Source: Mustelus asterias
Lineage: Eukaryota
DNA: 64,000 nucleotides
Direction of reading: 5' to 3'
NCBI RefSeq assembly: GCF_964213995.1
Contig: NW_027590135.1
Span: 248,001 to 312,000, forward strand
Shown here: piece after piece, positions 38,096 to 49,761 of the stretch
Position numbering within the stretch: the stretch's first letter is position 1
Layout: the number at the start of each line of letters is the position of its first letter
The notes under the pieces: generated by a model
What the model was told of the DNA's origin: nothing
Database searches by the model: none
What the model saw: the letters and a program-made list of their open reading frames with translations, nothing else
Translations under genes and position numbers: made by a program

Positions 38096-38136
38096 GGCTC
38101 TTCTCAGAGCCACCCACATCTCTCAGGAAAGAGCTG
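38096..38136 (+). terminator. H1 histone 3' stem-loop and U7 downstream element (HDE)
   Basis: GGCTCT-TCTC-AGAGCC-ACCCA, then AAAGAGCTG. Confidence 0.93.
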
Positions 38137-38351
38137 ATCCCGCAAGAAAATGATTCCTGTCCCGCGGCCCGGCTCATTCTCAATAGAGATCATTTCAAAT
38201 TCAGACTAAAGCAAAACACAGCAGAGGCTGAATTTCATTTGAATTTGACATTTGTTCAATCGCCACTTTCTCTCATAATAAAGATGTCTGGTAGATTCAG
38301 TGTGAGACAGTAACACTGGCGGCTAAACACCGCATTGCAGCCTAATTTTTA

Positions 38352-38627
38352 ATCGAATCCCTGCAGTGCAGAAGGAGGCCAATCGTCCCATCGAGTCTGA
38401 ACCGACCTCAATCCCACCCAGGTCGGATTCCCATTACCCTATTTATTGACCGGACATTCCGGGACAATTTAGCATGGCCAATCAACCTGACAGGCACTTT
38501 GGTGTGCGGGAGGAAACCGGAGCACCCGGAGGAAGCCCGGGGAGAATGTGCAAACTCCACACAGACAGAGACCTCAGCCGGGAATCGAACCCAGGTGCCT
38601 GGGGCTCTGAGACGGCAATTCTTAGCC
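38352..38627 (-). mobile_element. V-SINE (HE1-like)
   Basis: Minus strand GGGTTCGATTCCCGG B box, GTGGAGTTTGCACATTCTCCCC and ATTGGCCATGCTAAATTGTCC. Confidence 0.82.
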
Positions 38628-38636
38628 AAAAGTCAC

Positions 38637-38705
38637 TGTCAGGAGTGGGATTTGAACCCACGCCTCCAAGGAGACTGCGGCCTTAGACCGCTCGGCCATC
38701 CTGAC
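38637..38705 (-). pseudogene. tRNA-Leu (CAG-type body) lacking the anticodon loop
   Basis: GTCAGGATGGCCGAGCGGTCTAAGGC^CGCAGTCTCCTTGGAGGCGTGGGTTCAAATCCCACTCCTGACA. About 13 nt (GCTGCGTTCAGGT in canonical Leu-CAG) are missing. A and B boxes and a TTTT terminator are intact. Confidence 0.9.
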
Positions 38706-39237
38706 TCCCTTAATTTTAACACAGGAGATTGCCCCAAACAGCTTCAATAAAGTGTTTGCAAACAGCGAGAAGCAGATGTGTGTGAGGATGTTCCGGAGGA
38801 AGATTCTTGCTATAGAATCGACTGTGTTTAGGTCGGAATATTACTGACTGGGAATTATTACGGGACCAGGTTTAAAAACACAAAAGAACAAAGTCACGAC
38901 CCGAAACGTTAACTCTGTCTCTCTCTCTCTTCACAAAAGCTGCCGGAGCTGCTGATTATTTGCAGCATTTTCTGTTTTGATTCCATATTTCAAAGCTCCG
39001 GGTTTGTAGAAACTCTTGTGTGTGAAGGGCGGCTCTGGAAGGGTTTGTGTGGGGAGCTGTGTTTCGCTTCCATTGTGAATAAACGGGTTGAAATTGGCGG
39101 TTGCAGAAACTGGAGGTGGAGCTGAAAGATCAGGGGCCGTTCTGTGTGTGTGTCAGTCCGGCTCTCTCCTCCCTCCCGCTCTGTGTTTAATCTTCACTCT
39201 GTCTCCTCCCCTCTCTGCTCTCACTCCGCCTTTCTCA

Positions 39238-39263
39238 GTCAGGTCGGGGCGGGCTGTATAAAA
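39238..39263 (+). promoter_or_regulatory. H4 promoter: GC box and TATA
   Basis: TCAGGTCGGGGCGGGCTGTATAAAA. Confidence 0.75.
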
Positions 39264-39310
39264 GGAGCCTGAAAGAGTTCCTCTCTCATATTGTGCAGAG
39301 ATCTGAGTGA

Positions 39311-39631
<321 letters not shown>

Positions 39632-39665
39632 ACAACTGCAACCTTCCTACGGAACACACGACAAA

Positions 39666-39706
39666 GGCTCTTTTCAGAGCCACTCACCGCTTCACAAAGA
39701 GAGCAG
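39666..39706 (+). terminator. H4 histone stem-loop and HDE
   Basis: GGCTCT-TTTC-AGAGCC-ACTCA, then AAAGAGAGCAG. Confidence 0.93.
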
Positions 39707-39964
39707 TGACCTGGGGACGGGGGCTGGGATAGGCTGTTCAGTGTTTGAGATGCATGTTTGTTTTGTTTAGGGTACAGTGCGGGAATCACCGAATTTAGCA
39801 TTTCATTTGGAGCAGCCATGCGGATTGTTTTTGAAATTTTTAAGTGGATTGTCTGAGCAGCCCCCAGTTGACATGTGCCCTCAGTGAAACGCCACATCAC
39901 TCCTGTTTAATCACTCAGTGTTTGGATAGAGTTTATAAAAGCTTTCTCTGGAATAGCGGAGTTT

Positions 39965-40290
39965 AGTAGCAGCAGCCGGTGAATCGTTCACTGGAACCAG
40001 TCCCAGTTGTGCTGCTATTTGCCCCCAGACGGTTGTTTCCTGCACTGAAACTGACGCTTTGTGAAACTGATCAGTTTCCGCTCAGTCATTCACAAACCCG
40101 CAATTCCCGCAGTTTGAGCCGCTCCAACCCCAGCCTGCTTCTGATTGGCCATCCTCTCCACATTCGCAGCTCTGAACCAATCGCAGAGCATCGAATGTGA
40201 AGATTGAGCCAATCATTGGCTTCAACTGTCAACCGGCAGAAATTTTGAATTGGGGGAAATGCCGCCAATTTCAGCGCGGGAAAGGGAATT
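39965..40290 (-). pseudogene. Relic H2A-type promoter and 5' coding remnant
   Basis: Colinear blocks shared with the H2A upstream region (CTGATTGGCC, ACCAATC, CAACCGGCAGAA, GCCGCCAATTTCA, GGGAAAGG). A decayed GGACTG..GTTCCAGTG..TTCACCGGCTGCTG resembles the H2A codons for [13 protein letters not shown]. Confidence 0.5.
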
Positions 40291-40855
40291 GAGACAAATT
40301 CTTAACCTATTAAAAATAGATTCTCAATTAATATTCTGCTGTAAGATTATTTTACAAAAGGTTTCATTTGTCCGCCACGGGAAGCAAACGGCTCTATTCA
40401 GTAATGTCAAACGGGACAAATATGAAGTCACTCTCTGTAACAAACAACAGACTCAACCCCTTTCACACCGGCTTCAGGGGGACACAGAGAAGCGACAGAT
40501 TTCTGATCCTTTCCGCTGAAAGCGGCGGCGAATGTCACAAACGACAGGGGAGGGGAAATCTGAATGGGCTGGAGAGTAGAGGGACAGGGATCGAGTGGAA
40601 CAGCGGGAGATTCTGGGAATGAACAGCCCAGAGAGCGGGGAAAGGGTCTAAAGCACTAAGTGGAGGGAGATGGACTTCAAATCTTCAATGTTTCTGGTAA
40701 TGGTTATATTAATAAGGACGGAATAAAGTCTTCTTTGAAACAGACGGTTATTTCTTGCATCGAAAACGGCCCAATTTCTGAAAGGGGCGGTTAAGGAAAC
40801 CACTGAACCAATTAGAACCTGAGTTACAGATATTAATTCCCTGGTCACAGTTTGA

Positions 40856-41389
<534 letters not shown>

Positions 41390-41418
41390 AACCCGACCTC
41401 GGCACCAAGAACAACAAC

Positions 41419-41459
41419 GGCTCTTTTAAGAGCCACCAACTCGACAAATGAAAGAGCTG
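41419..41459 (+). terminator. H3 histone stem-loop and HDE
   Basis: GGCTCT-TTTA-AGAGCC-ACCAA, then AAAGAGCTG. Confidence 0.93.
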
Positions 41460-41825
41460 CGATCTCCTGTTAACGATTCTAGTGTTTGAATTCCCAGGAC
41501 AGAATATTCCCAGGACTCCAATACTGACACCTCTCAATGTTACAATTAACTCTCCGTTGCATTGAGGTCATTCATATCTCCAATCCTTTGATGGTTGGAG
41601 TAAAAGCGATGCCGTTAACAATTTTACCACAATTTAATTTTAAAGTATTTATTAAACCTGCGATCATTTCAGTTTCCGAGCAATAATTCCGCAAATCCAC
41701 TTTCTCCGCACGTGTTTCGAGTCGCAGCGAGAGTGTTGAAAATTGTGTCAATTAAGTTCAGAATATGAAGCATGTCTCAAACAGTAACCCACTCACACAG
41801 ATATAACCATTGCAGGAACGCTTGC

Positions 41826-41949
41826 ACATTCGCATAGACAATAATTAACACTTTTCCAGATCCAGTGACTGACTTTGTGAGGACATTCATCGGTTTTCAA
41901 AGTCAGTCACTGGATCTGGAAAAATGTTAATTATTGTCTCTGTGAATGT
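41826..41949. repeat. Hairpin: 52-bp inverted arms with a 20-nt loop
   Basis: ACATTCGCATAGACAATAATTAACACTTTTCCAGATCCAGTGACTGACTTTG versus its reverse complement at 41898-41949 (3 mismatches). Confidence 0.93.
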
Positions 41950-42140
41950 CTATGCGACTATCACATTTTAAAGCAATTATATTGGAATTAGGATCATTTC
42001 AGTTCACTGGGATGGTTTCCCCGATAAACAACAGCAACTTGTATTAAAATACTGTATGCGTCAATAGTACGGATTGATAGAACAAAGCGGGAAACAGCTG
42101 TGCTGTGAATAGCAGTGCAGAAACTGACCGATAGACACCA

Positions 42141-42183
42141 GGTCGCCCTTTTTCAGGTAAAATGAGTGGCTCTGAAAAGAGCC
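42141..42183 (-). terminator. H2A histone stem-loop and HDE-like element
   Basis: Minus strand GGCTCT-TTTC-AGAGCC-ACTCA, then GAAAAAGGGCGAC. Confidence 0.9.
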
Positions 42184-42213
42184 TTTGGGTTATCAGATTA
42201 AAGAATGGCCGCT

Positions 42214-42663
<450 letters not shown>

Positions 42664-43405
42664 TTATAAACTGACAGCTCCTCTGATTGGCCGCTGCTCT
42701 ATTCACCTCATTTGCCTATATTCTTCACCAATCAGCTCACTGGAAACAGAAGAGGGCGGGATTTCCCCACAACAACCGGCAGAAGCAGAGAATTTGTCCA
42801 TTTCCAAAAGCCGCCAATTTCATTGTGGGAAAGGAGCGAATTCAAATCAATGTCGCCCTCAGTCAGAGATTTCAAATCCCTTCTATTGATTTGCTTTTAT
42901 TCAGCTCTTCCCGTCACCAATCGGAGGCGCGGCTTTAACATTTTCTTTCAATGTGCTTCATTCTCCTATCGCTTTCTAACTGTCCCGGGCGGGAATCAAT
43001 CCCTGTTCACAGCATTCCCAGAAGGAAAACACTCCGTTTAGTCTTCAATCAGAACCCAGTGTCCTTCACTGAAAACAGGGAGCCGGATCGAGTCCTCACA
43101 CTGTCCTTATTCCGCTCTGTAATAATCCCACTCCGGACTGTTACCCTGCGGAGAATTACTGTGAATAAAATGATGAATCAATGGACATTTCAGGAATTGA
43201 GAGAAGGGACCGTTACCGCGAAAAACAGTCCCTAATGAGGTCATTTAGGAGCTGTGAAAATAACAGAATAATAACAGCTTTCAGCACAAAGCGAAGGCAG
43301 TGAGTGAATTCTGGGTCAGTGTTTGGATTACAGGACAGGAGACACAAACACCAGTGGAAGTTATTCTATTTTCCATTCTTATCATCGAACAGGAAGGAGC
43401 CAGGT

Positions 43406-43447
43406 ACAGCTTTTTCACAGAGATTGTGGGTGGCTCTTAAAAGAGCC
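43406..43447 (-). terminator. H2B histone stem-loop and HDE
   Basis: Minus strand GGCTCT-TTTA-AGAGCC-ACCCA, then GAAAAAGCTG. Confidence 0.92.
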
Positions 43448-43484
43448 GTTGTGTTTGGGATGTTTTTTCAGTCCATGGGAAGTT

Positions 43485-43871
<387 letters not shown>

Positions 43872-43914
43872 CTTCAATTTCACACAGAAATAAAGCAAAC
43901 CCCTTCCGAGCGCT

Positions 43915-44095
43915 GATTAAATAGACAGTCCCACAGATCTATGCTAATGAGGAATTGGGAAAGCAATGATTGTGATTGGACATTTTGAAAGTTATTAAAC
44001 TCACTTATCAGGGGTTCATTTGAGTGAATATGTCAATAGACCAATCAGATTGAAGCCTTTCCGCCAATCACAAGCCCCCTTACTACAATCAGGAA
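43915..44095 (-). promoter_or_regulatory. H2B promoter: TATA-like element, octamer variant and CCAAT boxes
   Basis: Minus strand CTATTTAA, CTCATTAGCATAG (octamer-like, 43941-43948) and CCAAT motifs in both orientations. Confidence 0.75.
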
Positions 44096-44238
44096 ATACA
44101 TTTGACAAAGAATCTCTCCAGGACCAGTATTTCAGATGCACCGGGAAATGTCGCCTGGCTGTCGGTGTGAGGGACCCTTCTCCTCAGAGGGACTGTGCGG
44201 GAGTGTGGGTTCCTTCCGGAACAGTGAATCTCTGGGAA

Positions 44239-46660
44239 TGTGTGTGAGTGTGGGATTTACTCACTCGATGATGCAGTGTGTGAGTGTAGGATTTACTCAC
44301 TCTCTGATACAGTGTGAGTGTGGGATTTACTCACTCTCTGATACAGTGTGAGAGTGTGGGATTTACTCACTCTCTGATTCGGTGTAAGAGTATGGGATTT
44401 ACTCACTCTCTGATACAGTGTGTGTGTGGGATTTACTCACTCTCTGATACAGTGTGTGAGTGTGGGATTTACTCACTCTCTGATACAGTGTGTGAGTGTG
44501 GGATTTACTCACTCTCGAATACAGTGTGAGAGTGTGGGATTTACTCACTCTCTGATACAGTGTGTGTGGGATTTACTCAGTCTCTGATACAGTGTCAGTG
44601 TGGGATTTACTCACTCTCTGATACAGTGTGTGAGCGTGGGATTTACTCACTCTCTGATACCGTGTGTGAGTGTGGGATTTACTCACTCTGATACAGTGTG
44701 TGTGTGTGTGGGATTTACTCACTCTCTGATACAGTGTGTGTGTGTGGGATTTACTCACTCTCTGATACAGTGTGTGTGTGTGGGATTTACTCACTCTCTG
44801 ATACAGTGTGTGTGTGTGGGATTTACTCACTCTCTGATACAGTGTGTGAGTGTGGGATTTACTCACTCTGATACAGTGCGTGTGTGTGTGGGATTTACAC
44901 ACTCTCTGATACAGTGTGTGAGTGTGGGATTTACTCACTCTCTGATACAGTGTGTGTGTGTGGGATTTACTCACTCTCTCATACAGTGTGAGAGTGTGGG
45001 ATTTACTCACTCTCTGATACAGTGTGTGAGTGTGGGATTTACTCACTCTCTGATACGGTGTGAGAGTGTGGGATTTACTCACTCTCTGATACAGTGTGTG
45101 TGTGGGATTTACTCACTCTCTGATACAGTGTGTGAGCGTGGGATTTACTCACTCTCTGATACCGTGTGTGAGTGTGGGATTTACTCACTCTGATACAGTG
45201 TGAGAGTATGGGATTTACTCACTCTGATACAGTGTGTGTGTGTGTGGGATTTACTCACTCTCTGATACAGTGTGTGTGTGTGTGTGTGGGATTTACTCAC
45301 TCTCTGATACAGTGTGTGTGTGTGGGATTTACTCACTCTCTGATACAGTGTGTGAGTGTGGGATTTACTCACTCTCTGATACAGTGTGTGAGTGTGGGAT
45401 TTACTCACTCTCTGATACAGTGTGTGTGTGTGGGATTTACTCACTCTCTGATACAGTGTGTGAGTGTGGGATTTACTCACTCTGATACAGTGTGTGTGTG
45501 TGTGTGGGATTTACTCACTCTCTGATACAGTGTGTGAGTGTGGGATTTACTCACTCTCTGATACAGTGTGTGAGTGTGGGATTTACTCACTCTCTGATAC
45601 AGTGTGTGTGTGTGGGATTTACTCACTCTCTGATACAGTGTGAGTGTGTGATTTACTCACTCTCTGATACAGTGTGTGAGTGTGGGATTTACTCACTCTC
45701 TGATACAGTGTGTGAGTGTGGGATTTACTCACTCTCTGATACAGTGTGTGTGTGTGGGATTTACTCACTCTCTAATACAGTGTGTGTGGGATTTACTCAC
45801 TCTCTGATACAGTGTGAGAGTGTGGGATTTACTCACTCTCTGATACAGTGTGTGTGGGATTTACTCACTCTCTGATACAGTGTGAGTGTGTGATTTACTC
45901 ACTCTCTGATACAGTGTGTGAGTGTGGGATTTACTCACTCTCTGATACAGTGTGTGAGTGTGGGATTTACTCACTCTCTGATACAGTGTGTGTGTGTGGG
46001 ATTTACTCACTCTCTAATACAGTGTGTGTGGGATTTACTCACTCTCTGATACAGTGTGAGAGTGTGGGATTTACTCACTCTCTGATACAGTGTGTGTGGG
46101 ATTTACTCACTCTCTGATACAGTGTGTGTGTGTGTGGGATTTACTCACTCTCTGTTACAGTGTGTGAGTGTGGGATTTACTCACTCTCTGATACAGTGTG
46201 TGTGGGATTTACTCACTCTCTGATACAGTGTGAGAGTGTGGGATTTACTCACTCTCTGATACAGTGTGTGTGGGATTTACTCACTCTCTGATACAGTGTG
46301 TGAGTGTGGGATTTACTCACTCTCTGATACAGTGTGAGTGTGGGATTTACTCACTCTCTGATACAGTGTGAGTGTGGGATTTACTCACTCTCTGATACAG
46401 TGTGTGTGTGTGGGATTTAGTCACTCTCTGACACAGTGTGTGAGTGTGGGATTTACTCACTCTCTGATGCAGTGTGTTTGTGTGGGATTTACTCACTCTC
46501 TGATACAGTGTGTGTGTGGCATTTACTCACTCTGATACAGCATGTGTGTGTGGGATCTAGTCACTCTCTGACACAATGTGAGAGTGTGAGATTTACTCAC
46601 TCTGATTCAGTGTGTTTGTGTGGGATTTACTCACTCTCTGATGGTGTCTGTGCGATTTAT
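44239..46660 (+). repeat. Minisatellite of about 34 bp, roughly 70 copies
   Basis: Core GTGGGATTTACTCACTCTCTGATACA with variable-length (GT)n/GTGA linkers. Confidence 0.98.
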
Positions 46661-46728
46661 TTTATCATTCTCAGTACCTTGGAATCTTTCAAACCAATTC
46701 TGCATCTGATTATCCTCTGTGCTGTCTG

Positions 46729-47020
46729 GGAGAGTGGGATTCAATCTGTCAGTCGGTGGTACTCTTTCTGAGAGTGGGATTAATTCTGTCAATTGGTGAT
46801 ACTCTATGTGAGAGTGGGATTCATAATTTCACATGGTGGTGCTGTATGTGACATTGGGATTAATTCTGTCAGTCGGTGGTGCTGTGTGTGAGAGTGGGAT
46901 TAATTCTGTCAATCGGTGGTGCTGTGTGCGAGAGTGGGATTAATTCTGTCAGTCGGTGGTGCTGTCTGTGAGAGCGGGATTAATTCTGTTAGTTAATGGT
47001 GGTGTCTGTGAGAGTGTAAT
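46729..47020 (+). repeat. Tandem repeat of about 40 bp related to the adjacent minisatellite
   Basis: GAGAGTGGGATTAATTCTGTCAGTCGGTGGTGCTGTGTGT, about 7 copies. Confidence 0.9.
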
Positions 47021-48029
47021 TAGAACTGGGCCCTATTCCTGTGAATTAATAAAAAAACTCATCTCCTGCAGCCACCAGTGATCACTGACCCTCTGGATGT
47101 TTGTCCAGGATTTACATCCTGAATTTGGAAAATGATGTTTGAATCCAAGCAAACCACAGCAGCTCCTCAGAATTAAAAGAAGGAAGCTGAAACCAAACTA
47201 GTTAATTGCTCATTTCAGAAGTTGAATCAAATGAAAACACTTATATTTCAATAGGAGAATTGGATTGGGGACCAGACAGCTCAGGACAACTAAATCTGAG
47301 AATGGAAAGGGTAATGAAGAAGAGAATTGGAGCTGACTACAGTGGGATAGATCCTAAGATACAACTGAGGATTGATTAAAGCTGCTTTGTAACAGTGTTG
47401 CTGAATGAAGCTGATGTCGAGTTATCAATATTGTTCTTGAAACAAGCTGTCAGCAGCACTGCCTCAGACATTGAACCCTGCGAAGCATTGATTTTGAGGG
47501 GATATGATTGGTGTTTATGAAGGGAATACATTCTTTCCGTGTGGATCGATTATTTTAGTTCGATGGGCACGAGAGACACAGAAAAAGGAGAAATTAACAG
47601 AAAAGAGAAATAAAAACAAGGCTCTAAGGACGTGATGGGTGAGTGGGAGTAGCTGAGTTGCTTTTGAATAGAGTAGGTACAGATCAATGGGCAGACTGGT
47701 CTCTTTGTGTGCTTTACCCATTCTATAACTGCCAAACAAAAAAGAGACAGCCTGTTGAAGCTTCTGATTTTGCACTCATAAGAACAAATGCAAGAATGCC
47801 AAATGTCAAAGGGAGGAACAAGTGCTGGAAAAAAAGGATGCTGAGCGTTGACAAGTGAACTCTAATTGGTCAAGACGTTGTCATGGGGAGGGCACAAAGA
47901 AAACTTAGCCCTGTATATTTCTGTTCAATTCAACATAGGCACAATGCCTGGACACGTTCCTTTTGCCTGTGGAGAACAGGGCCCTCCATATGAATGTGTG
48001 TAGCCTCGAGCATGTGTAAATGAGACACA

Positions 48030-48470
48030 TTGTGAAGGATGAAGAACTTCAGTTCCTGAGATCAACTAGTAAAGTTGGAACCACTTTCCTTGGAGCTGAG
48101 AAGGTTGAAAAGAGATTTAATAACAATATTCAGAATAAGGTGGAATCTGGACAGAGTAGGTCGAGAAGAAACTGTTCCCATTGTGGGAAGGATCGAGAAG
48201 CAGAGGGAACAGATTTAAGGAAATTGGGAAAAGAAGGAATAGATTAATGAGGAGAAACTTTTTCATGCAGCGAGTGGTTATGATCTGGGATGTGGGGCCT
48301 GACAGTGCGCTAGAGGCAGCTTCAATCAAGGCATTCAAGAAAGAATTGGATTATTTCCTGAAAAGGAAGAATGTGCAGAAATGTGGGGAGAAGGTGGATG
48401 GATGGAACAAGGTGCATTACTCACTTGGAGAGTCAGTACAGATTTGACAGGCCAAGTGGCTTCTTTCAGT
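48030..48470 (+). mobile_element. Old CR1 3' remnant
   Basis: SRSRGNRFK..RRNFFMQRVVMIW..FKKELDYFL motif. Confidence 0.75.
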
Positions 48471-49761
48471 TGTGCAAATAGTGTGTGTGTGTGGGGTGTG
48501 TGGGGGGGTTGGTGGGTGAAGAGGGCTGTTTGACTGCGTTGACTACCTATGTCAGATACTGGTGCTGGATGCGAATATGGAACTCATTCTGTGTTTGCCA
48601 GGACCTCATGCTGGATATGAGTGTAGGATTATTTTAGTAAAATTCAGTGATTCTCTATGGGAATGTGGAAAATCTGTAAGAAAATGTGGGTCTGTAACTC
48701 CCTTTGTTTAATATGGGGTGTGTCGTCTGGGCACATTCATCAGTCTATGTGGGTTTGTGATGATTTCTGGACTCTATCAGTAGTACCATATCTGTGTGTC
48801 AGACTGATTCGTGTCATTCAGGATCAGGCTCAGGTGCTGTCAGTGAGTTCAGTAACAGTCTGTATCTGTCAGTGTCTGGTAATGGACATGTGCTGGAGAC
48901 TGATTCTGAATCTGTCAGTCACTGTTACTCTGAGTGTGGGATTCATTACATAACCGCAGGCTCTGGGACAGTTTAACAGTCTGGATTCATTCCACATTGA
49001 AATTTCAGCACAGAAACAGGCCATTGATGCTGCAGGTTTTTTTTTTAATTCTAATTTTTGCCTTGTATTAAATCACTTTCTGTGTCAGCACAATTGTGGA
49101 GGATCATGCATCTTTTCATCTAACACGCCATTGTTAAGTAAAGGTAAGTGTAATTCACATTTTAATCATCAAATTGATGCCTTCATCATTCACTCTGTTT
49201 GGGAGAACTTTATACTTGAATGTTGAACTCAGTTTGACTGTGAGAATTATTACAATTTCTACCCTCCGCGTATAAGTCAGGTATGTGATCTGTATCTCAG
49301 TTTGCACCAATTTATATGTATCCTTATTACAATAATCAGTGTGTGTCTCAGATTATACTATCATTCAGTTCTATCTGGTATTCAATTGAATTGCAACTAA
49401 TGCTACAATATTGTAGGACTGACAATCTGATAGCGGGTGAGAATTTGGACTGGGATTTATGTATCTACCTGTCAGTGGTACTGACTTGGGATGACATGGA
49501 AACAATGTCTGTCTCTCCTGCTCTGATTGATTGTTGGATTGAAAATGTGTCTCTGCAACCGGTTCTGCTGCCTGAGACTGTGGAACTGATGCACTCTGAG
49601 AGAACAGACATAGTGTGTGTGAGGAGCTCACTGCACTGTTCATTGCGACTCAGGTGAGGAAACTTCAAACTAACCTTGATTGATTCAATGATTTGCCTGT
49701 CAGGAATAATTTACTCATTGTAACCCAATTACAGGTGAGGGAATAATACACAGCCCTTTTT

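Noticed and set aside
44239-46660. CRISPR-like repeat/spacer array and repetitive Cys/His ORFs
   Set aside because: The linkers are just GT runs, not unique spacers. There are no cas genes and the context is eukaryotic; the ORFs are translations of the satellite.
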